Part shown: piece by piece, positions 20,130 through 30,823 of the stretch
How positions within the stretch are numbered: the stretch's first letter is position 1
Layout of the letters: each line of letters opens with the position of its first letter
DNA from: a virus
DNA length: 64,000 nucleotides
Direction: 5' to 3' (one strand)
IMG/VR virus record: IMGVR_UViG_3300025131_008477
Coordinates: 6,124-70,123 of that record
Translations under genes and position numbers: made by a program
Notes under the pieces: model-generated
Database searches by the model: none
Told to the model about the DNA's origin: nothing
What the model saw: only the letters and a program-made list of their open reading frames with translations

Positions 20130-21398
20130 TTAATAAGTTAATTTAACTTTGATTGTAGCCTCAGATGCAAAATTCTTTTTTAATGGTGAACTTAAACGAG
20201 CTGTAGCTAAAAGCTGTCCTGTAGAATTATATAAACCAATACCAGTTATAAATGTACTTGGATTACCCATCATATTAGTATGTCTAAGTTTATTTAAAGC
20301 TCCACTTACAAAAGTTGGATTTGCACTAAAATTATAATCTTGAGCTTTAACTCTACAGAAATAATTTTCTTGAGTTTGATCTTCTTCACTTCGTAATCTT
20401 AAAGTATTAGAACTACCCATATTTCTCATACAATTTGCCAATCTAAGTGCATTTTTTGGATTGCCTTGAGCATTTAGATTTGGTGCAAAACCGCTACTAC
20501 TATATCTTTTATTCGCGATAGTTGCACTAAAACTAGCAGTAATTGCGTCTGTTTGAAGTGCTCCACCATCGACTCTAGGTCCAGGTATACTTGATGAAAG
20601 TTCAGCACCACTAAATATCATAACACCCATTTCAGGATAGAACCAACCAAAAGTTTTTGTTGTAAATGCATTTGTTGGAACTCCAAGTGATCCTTCAACT
20701 ATATTATATCTTGGACCTCCGGGAGTTGCAATGGCTGCTACATTAGAGCTATCATCTGTTAAATCTAATGTTACATTTCCATCATTAACAGTATTTCTAC
20801 CAGATAATGACATTGTCCAAACTTTCTTATTTGGTCTATCTTTAAATCTTGATCTTTTACCAACCCATATGTAAATAAATTCATCTCTTACACCTACACC
20901 AAGCGCACCACTACCACCAGCATGAGCAGATATCTTAAATCCACCAGATGCTTCTGTTTCTTCCATAAGAAGAGAAGTAAATTGTTTATAAATTGCTTGA
21001 GTTTCGCCTTTAAGTGTTTCTGAATTTGTAGTTGAATCACCATAAGTATTAGATCCAGAACCTCTAATATCACCATATGCTACTGAAAATTGAGTTTCCA
21101 CACTCGATGACAGTGGATGTTTTTGTGTAATATTAAAATAATACTTTTCATTTGAATTTGATAAAGATCCTGTGTGAATATCAGTACCAGAAAGCGTGCC
21201 ATCACCGCCTGTAAAATAACCAGCTGTGATTTTTAACGTATCTGATACTGTATCTTGAGCTGATATTGCGGTACCGCCAACGGGTACACCCTGTGCAAAA
21301 GCTACCGGCCCATTATAATCATAACTGTCTTCATATATAGTTTCCCAACGACCTGTAATATCATTAAATGTTGTTATGACTTCATTATATATTTTCAT
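20130..21398 (-). CDS. Tail/baseplate structural protein with shared leader (422 aa)
   Basis: Paralog of 18570-20078 with long near-identical DNA tracts and the same leader and C-terminal domain. Confidence 0.7.
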   Translation of the reverse strand: MKIYNEVITTFNDITGRWETIYEDSYDYNGPVAFAQGVPVGGTAISAQDTVSDTLKITAGYFTGGDGTLSGTDIHTGSLSNSNEKYYFNITQKHPLSSSVETQFSVAYGDIRGSGSNTYGDSTTNSETLKGETQAIYKQFTSLLMEETEASGGFKISAHAGGSGALGVGVRDEFIYIWVGKRSRFKDRPNKKVWTMSLSGRNTVNDGNVTLDLTDDSSNVAAIATPGGPRYNIVEGSLGVPTNAFTTKTFGWFYPEMGVMIFSGAELSSSIPGPRVDGGALQTDAITASFSATIANKRYSSSGFAPNLNAQGNPKNALRLANCMRNMGSSNTLRLRSEEDQTQENYFCRVKAQDYNFSANPTFVSGALNKLRHTNMMGNPSTFITGIGLYNSTGQLLATARLSSPLKKNFASEATIKVKLTY

Positions 21399-21412
21399 TT
21401 AGTACTCTCCGA

Positions 21413-22090
21413 TTATTGATTTAATGGATATCTTGGCATTGTTAGATTATAATGTTTATAAGCACCGGTTGATTTACTAATAAATGTTAAAATCAAGGTT
21501 CTTGTAGTAGTTGTATTTGTTCTTTGAATACTAACAGTTCTAGGTTCAAGTGCAGTACCAGGACCGGCCTCATAAACTACAGCATTTGAAATTTCCTGTT
21601 CATTTAAATATTGTTGTACATTACCACCAATAGCAGATGGTGTCCACCCCCCACCTACAGTTATTAATGAAGAATCTGGAACAACCATTTGCCAACCAAC
21701 TGTTTCTGCTGATACATTTTCAAGTATTATACTTATTCCAAGTGTTGGTGCCGTTCCAGTTGGCCAAGTAAATGATGCTGCCTGTCCAAGACCATAAGTT
21801 CCCAGTGTTACATAAGGCATTGATGTGACATCACGACTAAGAGAAAGTAAATTATTTCTCATAAAATATGCTGAATTTGGAAGAGCTTCCAAGTTAGGTA
21901 AATTTTCAATAGCTTCACCGTAATAAGCAGAACCACTTGGATGATCTGGATTCCAAAGTGAATAATCTACTCCTGTATCAGAAAGAGTAAAATAACTTAT
22001 ATTAAGTCCCTGACCAAGTGCTAGTAATTTTCTTCCCTGTTTTGTAAGAACCGCATCTACTACGATTGTTGAATTGTCTAAATATCCCAT
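21413..22090 (-). CDS. Conserved large-phage baseplate/tail structural protein (225 aa)
   Basis: N-terminus MGYLDNSTIVVDAVLTKQGRKLLA...F.LSD..VDY.LWN is typical of large myovirus tail modules (recalled). Has its own late-type promoter and SD. Confidence 0.65.
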   Translation of the reverse strand: MGYLDNSTIVVDAVLTKQGRKLLALGQGLNISYFTLSDTGVDYSLWNPDHPSGSAYYGEAIENLPNLEALPNSAYFMRNNLLSLSRDVTSMPYVTLGTYGLGQAASFTWPTGTAPTLGISIILENVSAETVGWQMVVPDSSLITVGGGWTPSAIGGNVQQYLNEQEISNAVVYEAGPGTALEPRTVSIQRTNTTTTRTLILTFISKSTGAYKHYNLTMPRYPLNQ

Positions 22091-22153
22091 TTTGGTTTCT
22101 CCTAAGATTCATTTTTTTTCAATGATGCATTATAACATATATTCAATTTCATA

Positions 22154-22162
22154 TATAAATAT
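22154..22162 (-). promoter_or_regulatory. Putative late promoter motif ATATTTATA
   Basis: Intergenic, about 65 nt upstream of the 22090 start. Confidence 0.6.
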
Positions 22163-22202
22163 ACAAATAATGAAAAAAAATAATTAATTTATTTGTCTTA
22201 AT

Positions 22203-25200
22203 TTAAGTACCATATTGTATTGTATATCCAGAACCACCAGTTGTACTGATATAATAAAAAGCATCGGTTGATAAATCAATAAATCCACTATCTGTCTGAA
22301 TAGTTTCTCCACCTTGATTTTGAGTTCCAGTATAAATTAAACTATCAATACTATCCTTGGATGTTCCAACTATAAATTGATGATTTGCTGGATAAACAAA
22401 AGTTTCATCTAAAAATTTACCACCCCTAAATGAAATAGACCCTGTTGGTCTAAATTCAATAGTTGTTCCAAGTGGTCTATTTCCCAATCCTATTTCACTA
22501 GTAACAAATGTCTTATTACTGAAATCTTTACTGGCAGTATAAATACCAGATGTTACCGTACCTGTGAAATCTGTTTCAAATGCAGATTTTGAACTTGAAT
22601 AAGATCCTGAAACGGATTCTACATCACCGATCATATTAAATATATATCTACTTTCATAATGATATGTATTATAATCATTATTTTTACCCAAAGATCCAGT
22701 ATCAGTATGAATAAAATGAACATCATTTTCTGTTGTACCCCACCGATCAGATAAATTATCATAAGATTTATTAAGGTTATTACTTAAAGTTTCATCACCT
22801 CTAAAATTAAGAGTACCATCTCTAGTATCAAAAAATTGAATAGAAAGATTTGGATTACTAGATGTAGCTGATGATATTTCTATAAATATTTTATTTGAAA
22901 TTCTGTGTTCAATATCAAATAAAATAGAACCAGTATCTATTTGATTTCCAACACTAATATCAAGATTACTATTATATGGATATGATATTCTTTCAGTTAA
23001 AGTTGGAATGCTTCCAGTATGTGATGCTATTGATATGTGAGTATCTCTATTTGGAACGGATTTCACTGTTAAAGTTGGTATACTGCCTGTGTGAGATGCA
23101 ATTGATATATGAGCGTTTCTATTTGGAATAAATTCCTCAATCAAAGTTGGAGTACTTCCGGTGTGTGATGATACTGCAATATGTATATCTTTAGATGTAT
23201 ACAATGGTTCAAGATTACTAAAATCCCAACTAATACTACCAGTAGAAGATGCTATTGAAAAATTTATATCTCTATTTGGAACAGATTTCACTGTTAAAGT
23301 TGGTATACTGCCTGTGTGAGATGCAATTGATATATGAGCATCTTTTGTTTTATGTAATTCATATTGATCAGTGAAATCATAATATTGACTTCCGGTATGA
23401 GAATATATTTCTATATTAGCATTTTTTGTTTTATATATACTTGGTTCTATTTTTTTACCAAGAAAAGTATTATTTTCCCAATCACTAATAGGTGTGTTAT
23501 CATTTGGATCTGTAGTATGATATTTTATATCACCCGGACCAACTCCTATAAGTGTATGTTCAATCTTATTATTTTTAGTAAGTTTAGGTCTCTCTAAATA
23601 TGTTGGTTTTATTTCAATACCAATTTTTGAAAAAGCAGCTCTAGCTGGTACCAATCTTTTTAATGATTTAATTAAATCTTTATTAAAAATGACAGATTGA
23701 GCCCTAATATATTTATTTATATCCAATGATATATCATAATAATCAAAGAAATCTTTTGCAAAAGTTTCTAAATCTTCATGTACAGCTTTATATAAATCTC
23801 GTGGGTCTGCAAACTTATCATTAAAATCAAAATTTCCCAGCTGATTTAAGATAAAATCATTTATAACTTCTTGTGGTGAACGGACTAATTCAACAATACT
23901 TGATGCTTTTCTTTTATTAATTAGTGGATCATAAACACTTATAAAACTTGGTCGTGTTGGATTTAAATTATCAATAAAACGTCTTTCATTATCAATTATA
24001 ATATTATTATCGCTTAACTCTAATGATCCTCCTGTTCTAACATTAAATTGAATTCTATCAAAGTCATTTATTATATCATATAATGGTGTATGACCAAGTG
24101 CACTAGATAATATATTTATAGAATAATCTTTTAAATTACTTGTATTAGAATCTTTAATTTTTGGACTAGATGAACCGGAAGGCCAATTTTCATTTAATCT
24201 AAAATGATAAATAAGATTTGTTTGTGAGTCTGTTACACTATTACCAACTACACTTTTCTTATCATAAATGTGTTGTTTGAACTTTGATGCACTTAATGCA
24301 GTTTTCCAAGTTCTAAATTCTGCAATAGAACCTGTATATGTTTCACCAATAATTAAATTACCACTATCATCAGGTCTACTGCCAGTTCCTATCCAGTTAA
24401 TAGCTGACTGTGAATAAACACTTCCACCAAAAGACATTGAAACTATTTGTAAAGTTTTTATCTTATCCCCAACCTGTTCTCCAACTGCAAGTTGATAAGA
24501 ATGACTTATTAATAATTCTGGTTGGCTATCACTATTATTAGAGCCAGATGGACCATCAGTTCTTTGTAATAATACATTCCAAAAATTTTGATTTTTAAAA
24601 TTATGATAATCAGTAGACATTGAAACTCTATTACCATCAACTCCAATTGATTCTGACCCCTGTAGTGTATTATTTAGTCTAAATTGTAATCTTGATTTTA
24701 TATTATGGGGTGTACTTCCGGATGGTTGTAATATAACATCCCACAGTGACCCAGATGAAAGACTACCACTACTATGTAATATAGTTTGTGTGTTAGTTCC
24801 TTTTACTGGTTTAAATATAAATTCAACTGCATCTGCATCTACGCCATCTCTTCTCCATTCCGCTCCGATTTTTCTACTACCGGTATCAATAATATAAGAA
24901 ACCATTTTATCTGTTTTGGTTGTAAATGATTGATTCCCAGTTGTACCACCAAGTCCATCTAAATTATTTGAAACATCATCTGATAATGTAGAGGTGTCGG
25001 CTGATTCCATAGAAGCACCATGTTCTCTTAACTTTAATATATCAGCTGGAAATCCATATGAATTTAATAACGCTCTAATACTATTCTTAGTTCCTTTTGT
25101 TTTATGCATATAATTGATATTATTAATAATATTTCTCCAAATATTATTTTTAATAACATTAGCGCTATTTACATCAGATATAGAAGATCCATAATATTTA

Positions 25201-27134
25201 CTAAGATTTCCATCTTCCTTTTTACCAAATGGAATCATAAATTGCCAATTATATTGATTAGCTAATACTGGAAGTAAATTATCTGGAACTGAATTTATTT
25301 TATCATATTCTTTTTTAAAAAATAAATTATAATTGTCAGTATAATTCTTAATTATATCAAAATGTTCTCCCATCAAATTAACAAATTTTCTAAAAGTAAC
25401 ATTATCCATTTTAGTATCATTTTGTAAAAATTCAGGTAAGCTATTTATCAAACTATGTGGATTATCTCTATCATAAGATGATGCAGAAGCATATTGATCG
25501 CCATACCAACTTTTAAAATCTGATGAACCTGTCGCTTTTATTTCTGCAAATGGATTAAAATTAGACGGATTATATTTCGTTATTTTTATATCTGTTAAAT
25601 AAGATGAAGTAACATTAGTACTATAATCAGTATTTATATAAATTCTAAATAATTCACCAGATGGTATAACAGAACCTGTAATTGGTACTCCACTTGATGT
25701 AACTGTTGTTGCTAAATTAGAATATCTGCTACCAAATGTAACAGCATGAGAACCGGTTTTATCGGACATATTAAATATATCTATTTCACTTGAACCTTTA
25801 GTAAAATCAGTTATACTTCCAGGTGCACCAATAATTGGATTAGTAGAATGTGGTGTCCAATAAGATGAAGATGCATGATAAATATATCTTTGCCATGAAC
25901 CAGATTTAATATTTGGTGTTAAAACAGAACTTGAATATAAAGTATCAAATGGTAATTTTGGTATATTTTCTTCTTGATAATTTTCCCAAACTATATTACC
26001 GTTGGCACTCTCATCACCTTTCATTAAAAATGATAGATAAAATGAACCACTCCAATTATAAAATGGTTTATCTTCTACTTTATATTTATCTTTAAATAAT
26101 TCAATTTGACCATTGCCTGTAATTGAACCAGAAGCCAAATGAACTAAACTAAAACCACTATTATTTAAAAGTTTTTTTTCTGTTTTTAATGGAGTATTAT
26201 CAATATAATTTTTTCCAATATTTATATTATATTTAAATCCTAAAGTATCACCCTGATAATAAAGACTATTTTCATAAGAAGTAAAAGAATTTTTTTCATT
26301 TTGTATTTTTGTAAATAAAGTTTCTCTCAAATTATTAGCGTTAGTACTACTCGTTAATTGTAATGATTGAGAAACTTGAACTAAATAACTTTCAATTGTA
26401 GATACTTTTTTCTTAAAATTTTCAATTTTAGAAACAGCAGAACCAAAATGAATATGATTTTCAAAATTACTATAATCTACTTTTAAATTAATATCACTTC
26501 CAGATCTAGAAAATAATTCTCCTATAATTGTTTTATCGGCATGAGCAAATGAAGAAGTTATATCATTATAACTTTGATATTCCAATTTTTGAATATCAGA
26601 ATTGCCAACTTCATCTTTCATCCCCTCATCATAATCTAAACCACGTAATGTTGGTTTAGGTATAGATTTTGGAATATAATAAACTTCTTGTTCTTGTGTA
26701 GTTAGTACTTGTCTTTCAATTGAAATAGAATCTAATTTTACAACTGATGATGGTAATGGATCAATAAGTTTAATTACTAATGAAGGAATAATATCAGAAG
26801 TTAAATTTATAAGATCAATATCATCTACTGTTATATTAACAATAGAAATATACTGATTATCTTTTGTTGTTAAAACGGTATTTTCAAATCCAGAGGGTGT
26901 GCCTATAATATCTTTTAAATATGCAACTACTAATCTAATTATAGCCGGATTAGGACCTATCGAACTAAAACTAGATAAACTTGATGGAATATACTTATTA
27001 TCTATAGTTCCTTCATCAAATATACTATTAATAGTTCCTAATATATAATGAGCATTGTTATCAATATCTACAGAATTTAATGTTACTCTAAGTTCTTTTC
27101 TTGATGGTGATATTTCTTTTATTAAAAATTTCAT
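22203..27134 (-). CDS. Large baseplate wedge protein with P2 gpI/T4 gp7-like core and ConA/LamG-like domain (1643 aa)
   Basis: LLPVLA...W and IWRNIINN...HKTKGTKNSIRALLNSYG gpI-like motif; YTGSIAEFRTW LamG-like end; position in the baseplate cluster. Confidence 0.7.
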   Translation of the reverse strand: MKFLIKEISPSRKELRVTLNSVDIDNNAHYILGTINSIFDEGTIDNKYIPSSLSSFSSIGPNPAIIRLVVAYLKDIIGTPSGFENTVLTTKDNQYISIVNITVDDIDLINLTSDIIPSLVIKLIDPLPSSVVKLDSISIERQVLTTQEQEVYYIPKSIPKPTLRGLDYDEGMKDEVGNSDIQKLEYQSYNDITSSFAHADKTIIGELFSRSGSDINLKVDYSNFENHIHFGSAVSKIENFKKKVSTIESYLVQVSQSLQLTSSTNANNLRETLFTKIQNEKNSFTSYENSLYYQGDTLGFKYNINIGKNYIDNTPLKTEKKLLNNSGFSLVHLASGSITGNGQIELFKDKYKVEDKPFYNWSGSFYLSFLMKGDESANGNIVWENYQEENIPKLPFDTLYSSSVLTPNIKSGSWQRYIYHASSSYWTPHSTNPIIGAPGSITDFTKGSSEIDIFNMSDKTGSHAVTFGSRYSNLATTVTSSGVPITGSVIPSGELFRIYINTDYSTNVTSSYLTDIKITKYNPSNFNPFAEIKATGSSDFKSWYGDQYASASSYDRDNPHSLINSLPEFLQNDTKMDNVTFRKFVNLMGEHFDIIKNYTDNYNLFFKKEYDKINSVPDNLLPVLANQYNWQFMIPFGKKEDGNLSKYYGSSISDVNSANVIKNNIWRNIINNINYMHKTKGTKNSIRALLNSYGFPADILKLREHGASMESADTSTLSDDVSNNLDGLGGTTGNQSFTTKTDKMVSYIIDTGSRKIGAEWRRDGVDADAVEFIFKPVKGTNTQTILHSSGSLSSGSLWDVILQPSGSTPHNIKSRLQFRLNNTLQGSESIGVDGNRVSMSTDYHNFKNQNFWNVLLQRTDGPSGSNNSDSQPELLISHSYQLAVGEQVGDKIKTLQIVSMSFGGSVYSQSAINWIGTGSRPDDSGNLIIGETYTGSIAEFRTWKTALSASKFKQHIYDKKSVVGNSVTDSQTNLIYHFRLNENWPSGSSSPKIKDSNTSNLKDYSINILSSALGHTPLYDIINDFDRIQFNVRTGGSLELSDNNIIIDNERRFIDNLNPTRPSFISVYDPLINKRKASSIVELVRSPQEVINDFILNQLGNFDFNDKFADPRDLYKAVHEDLETFAKDFFDYYDISLDINKYIRAQSVIFNKDLIKSLKRLVPARAAFSKIGIEIKPTYLERPKLTKNNKIEHTLIGVGPGDIKYHTTDPNDNTPISDWENNTFLGKKIEPSIYKTKNANIEIYSHTGSQYYDFTDQYELHKTKDAHISIASHTGSIPTLTVKSVPNRDINFSIASSTGSISWDFSNLEPLYTSKDIHIAVSSHTGSTPTLIEEFIPNRNAHISIASHTGSIPTLTVKSVPNRDTHISIASHTGSIPTLTERISYPYNSNLDISVGNQIDTGSILFDIEHRISNKIFIEISSATSSNPNLSIQFFDTRDGTLNFRGDETLSNNLNKSYDNLSDRWGTTENDVHFIHTDTGSLGKNNDYNTYHYESRYIFNMIGDVESVSGSYSSSKSAFETDFTGTVTSGIYTASKDFSNKTFVTSEIGLGNRPLGTTIEFRPTGSISFRGGKFLDETFVYPANHQFIVGTSKDSIDSLIYTGTQNQGGETIQTDSGFIDLSTDAFYYISTTGGSGYTIQYGT
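22990..23420 (-). repeat. Tandem ~24-aa repeats (D/N)AHISIASHTGSIPTLTxxxxPNR
   Basis: About six copies in the translation. The DNA of two copies (near 23050-23110 and 23270-23340) is nearly identical. Confidence 0.8.
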
Positions 27135-28232
27135 CTAATTTTCCAATTTCAATTTATTAATATAATTATCTAAAGATATATTAAAATTTTCTACCTTTTC
27201 AAATCTTAAATCTGTAAAATATCTTCTTCCAAATGGACTTGAAGATTGATATTCTATATCTGTTCCTAAATTAATATTAATACTACCCAAAGTAGCATTT
27301 TCATTTGTATAAACTTTTGCAAATAATTTATACCAAGTTATTCCACCTGCAACTTTTATTAATACTACTCTACTCTTCTCTGCTATATCAGAATCTTCAT
27401 TATCAACCCAACTACCAGCTAAATCTGTAGTTTGTTGTATTGGAAGAGCGTCTGTACCAGCATTACTAAAAGAAACTATATTTTTTACACCATTAAAATT
27501 ATTAGACCACCCAACCCAACAACTAAATACATAATAACTACTATGCTCTACACCAGTAACTCTCATTTTATATATATTATTTCCCACTCCATCTTGTTCT
27601 AAAACAAATTTTCCATATCCAGGATTATCTAACATAATAAAATTATTTCTACCAACAGACCTATCTAAATCTCCAGTTTGTGTTGCTTCCAATCCAGCAA
27701 AAAAGTTTCCATTTTCTATTAAATTATTTAAATTTAAATTAAGAAAACTTCCTAAGCTTGATTTTATATTTCTTAAAAAATAAATTCTTAATTTATATTT
27801 TGATTTTCCCAATTTTAATAATTTAAAAATTTCATTTGGTTTAATATAAATTTTTCCTCTATCATCTTTAAAAATATCAAACTGATTTTTATATTGAATT
27901 TCTAGATTATCTGGATTAAATGGTATACTATTATCGCCAACTGGAACCGGTCTTAAATTAGTAACTGAATTATTAGTATGTTCTTTTTCCGTACAAAATC
28001 CCATACTTGGACTTTCAGGATGGTAATGATAAGGTCCAATATAATAATCATCAACTTCTGGATACATTAATAACAATCTATTTGAAAAAAAAGTATTTAA
28101 AGCTGTATCGGAATTTTCATTAAAAACTTCTACTTTAATATAATCACCACTAGATTCATTAAAAGTACTATCTGTTTGTCCAGTACTAACCAAGTCTAAA
28201 ATCTCTTCACTATATAACTCTATATATGACAT
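27135..28232 (-). CDS. Hypothetical tail protein with possible carbohydrate-binding-like domain (365 aa)
   Basis: NLIENGNF...YVFSCWV...YFTDLRFE pattern of CBM-like jelly rolls; lies in the baseplate operon. Confidence 0.5.
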   Translation of the reverse strand: MSYIELYSEEILDLVSTGQTDSTFNESSGDYIKVEVFNENSDTALNTFFSNRLLLMYPEVDDYYIGPYHYHPESPSMGFCTEKEHTNNSVTNLRPVPVGDNSIPFNPDNLEIQYKNQFDIFKDDRGKIYIKPNEIFKLLKLGKSKYKLRIYFLRNIKSSLGSFLNLNLNNLIENGNFFAGLEATQTGDLDRSVGRNNFIMLDNPGYGKFVLEQDGVGNNIYKMRVTGVEHSSYYVFSCWVGWSNNFNGVKNIVSFSNAGTDALPIQQTTDLAGSWVDNEDSDIAEKSRVVLIKVAGGITWYKLFAKVYTNENATLGSININLGTDIEYQSSSPFGRRYFTDLRFEKVENFNISLDNYINKLKLEN

Positions 28233-28233
28233 A

Positions 28234-29721
28234 TTATCTTCTTCTCCTTGTTGCTTTTCTACCTTTTGGTGCTTGTATTATTCTTCTACCTTTGCTATAT
28301 CCACCACCTGACATTTTTTGTGTTTTTCTTCCATGTCTCATTCTTCTTGGTATTGGTCTTGTTCTTCCACCTTTTGAAAATCTATCAAATTCCCCCTCGT
28401 CCCTAAAAACAGGTGGTAATTCAGATGATTCTTCCTCTGCCAGAGGACCCGTTGATTCTCCCCGTGGATATCGTATTTCATCCTTAAATGGTACATTATC
28501 GTCTCCCATAGAATCTCGATATCTAGGTGGTTTATCGGCACCATTATCAACAACAGTATCTCTAATAATATCTTTAGCAGGTGGAACAATAGTCTCTGTA
28601 ATATATTCAGTAATAACTTCTTCTGGTTCTTCTGGTGTTACCTGAATTTGTGGTATTATATCTACATCTCCAGTAATAACTTCTGGACCATCTTCTGTTT
28701 CCACCCCAGCAGTTATAAGTTTTTTAAATTCTTCGATTTCTATTTTTAGAAGCTCTATCTCATTATCTTTAGTAATAATATCAGCATCTAGATTATCAAT
28801 TTCATCCATAAAGCTTATTACTTGATTAACAGACCATTCAGGAATTTCACCATCATCCATAGCTACACGAGCTTCTTTAAGTAAATAAGTCATTGTTCTA
28901 TATCCAAACAATCCACTCTCTGTTCTAGCATCGGCTGAACTAACATTAGCTAGTGAACCGGCTGGTATCTGATCCTTTATTCTATCAAATTCTTCAAAAA
29001 ACTTTTCAATTCTATATTCCATGGGTATTACCGAACCACCATATTCATTAAAAAAATCATCAGTTCTGTGTCTATAAAGGGGAATGCGTTTTTTAGCTTT
29101 ATTATATTCTTCAAGAAATTGTGTAAAAGTAATTGGATTTAATTCTGAAATTTCCCCGTCAACATATTCTAATAATTTCGACCTACTTATATTAGGAGGT
29201 GATTTTGAAAATCCCATAAACTGAGAAACATTATCTTTAAGGTTTACATCATCAATATTAAAGGTACCTAATATTTTATTAATATTAAGATCTCTATCTG
29301 GTAAATGTAATATAAAATCAGGAGGAGGTAATGCACCTACTTGATCTTCACCACCATCACTTACTGATAATGTAGTTTCAATAGTTAAAGTTAGTTGTTC
29401 AGGTGGAGCAAAATCTAACCAATTAAGAATGGTATCATCCATCGCTCTATCATCTGCATTAGCTTCTACATCACTTTCATATACAACCATTACATCCGAG
29501 CTAGATTTACCAGTTACTAGTAAACCATCTTTGTAGGTTTTTTGTAATGACTGAATACCACCCCCACCATCAATTTGTGAAAGTTTTTCAATCAATAAAG
29601 CTGATATTTTATCATAAACTGCTTCTTTATATTCCTGAATATTTTCAGGTTTCCATCTTTCAAAATTTTCTGGATTTTGATTTGGATGTTCATAAGCATT
29701 ATTGCTATTTATATCAGACAT
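28234..29721 (-). CDS. Hypothetical acidic virion protein with a very basic C-terminal tail (495 aa)
   Basis: Long ORF in the structural operon with a coiled coil, ending ...KGRKATRRRR. Confidence 0.6.
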   Translation of the reverse strand: MSDINSNNAYEHPNQNPENFERWKPENIQEYKEAVYDKISALLIEKLSQIDGGGGIQSLQKTYKDGLLVTGKSSSDVMVVYESDVEANADDRAMDDTILNWLDFAPPEQLTLTIETTLSVSDGGEDQVGALPPPDFILHLPDRDLNINKILGTFNIDDVNLKDNVSQFMGFSKSPPNISRSKLLEYVDGEISELNPITFTQFLEEYNKAKKRIPLYRHRTDDFFNEYGGSVIPMEYRIEKFFEEFDRIKDQIPAGSLANVSSADARTESGLFGYRTMTYLLKEARVAMDDGEIPEWSVNQVISFMDEIDNLDADIITKDNEIELLKIEIEEFKKLITAGVETEDGPEVITGDVDIIPQIQVTPEEPEEVITEYITETIVPPAKDIIRDTVVDNGADKPPRYRDSMGDDNVPFKDEIRYPRGESTGPLAEEESSELPPVFRDEGEFDRFSKGGRTRPIPRRMRHGRKTQKMSGGGYSKGRRIIQAPKGRKATRRRR

Positions 29722-29722
29722 C

Positions 29723-30823
29723 TTATATTACCTTAAACTCTTCATCATTATCATAAATTATCTCTTGTCCATCATTATATTTTAATTTGAATAACACTTT
29801 ATAATATCTCCCAGGTTCAAATGTATTTAACCACTGATCAAAATACATTGAAGTTGAATCACAACTCATTGATGTATGTGCACTAAATGGAACTTTTGGT
29901 GTATCTGTTACAATATCTATAATTGAATAAGAACCACTTCCTTCTGGTATATAAAAAGAAGATGTAAGCATTGATTCTGTAAATGTTTTTTGTACATATT
30001 TTTTTCTACAACCTATTCTAAATCTAACCTTTTCTGTTTCTCTATATTTTGGTTGTAATCCTTTTATAAATATATGATTTTCTAATTCTCCACTCATTGT
30101 TAAAGCAGTTAAACTACCAGTATTTGAACCCGTTACAGGTTTGTGGTCATCCCACCTAACTTCTAATTTTGGTGCATATATTGTATGTGTGTTTCTTGAA
30201 AAGAATTTTAAATTATATGGGTTACTATCTGTTTCAGCACTACCACTGAACTTTAACAAAAATCCATAATTAGATATTACACCACTTCCACCCAAATGAT
30301 TATTCACAATATCGGTCACATCCATTTCAACATCAGGTGATTGATTTATAAATGATTGAGATGCTTGATATCCACTACCAGTCATCCATACACCACCACC
30401 AGTGCCTAAACTACCAGAATCTGAATTTGAGTCAGCTAATGACCAAGCAGATCCAGAATCATAATCTATCCAAGTAACTCCTTTTTTTGTTTTTGGATTA
30501 TGATTTAATTTTCCAACTCCTTCTTCCCAAGATTGAGATATAGGATATGCAGATATTGAGTAAGATTTATCTAATTCTTTTTGTCCTTTTACTTCATATA
30601 ATCTTAAATAAAATTTTGGACTTGTTATATCTCCGTTTACAATAGAACTTGATATATCTGAATAATTAAATTGCATAAGTATTCTTGACGCGGCTTCTGC
30701 AGAAGTTGAAAAACTTCCACTAAATATTTTACGAAGTTCAAGTATTTCATCCGAACCAAAGTTTTTCTTTTGAAATTCAGTTGTTATATAGGCATCTTTG
30801 CTTGGAAATATAAAATAATGCAT
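29723..30823 (-). CDS. Tail/baseplate structural protein, DNRLRE-like domain (366 aa)
   Basis: KDAYI...KNFG, SRILMQF, YLRLY, SWEEG, DVTDIV, NYGFLLK and PKLEVRW pattern. Paralog of 30824-32770. Confidence 0.6.
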   Translation of the reverse strand: MHYFIFPSKDAYITTEFQKKNFGSDEILELRKIFSGSFSTSAEAASRILMQFNYSDISSSIVNGDITSPKFYLRLYEVKGQKELDKSYSISAYPISQSWEEGVGKLNHNPKTKKGVTWIDYDSGSAWSLADSNSDSGSLGTGGGVWMTGSGYQASQSFINQSPDVEMDVTDIVNNHLGGSGVISNYGFLLKFSGSAETDSNPYNLKFFSRNTHTIYAPKLEVRWDDHKPVTGSNTGSLTALTMSGELENHIFIKGLQPKYRETEKVRFRIGCRKKYVQKTFTESMLTSSFYIPEGSGSYSIIDIVTDTPKVPFSAHTSMSCDSTSMYFDQWLNTFEPGRYYKVLFKLKYNDGQEIIYDNDEEFKVI

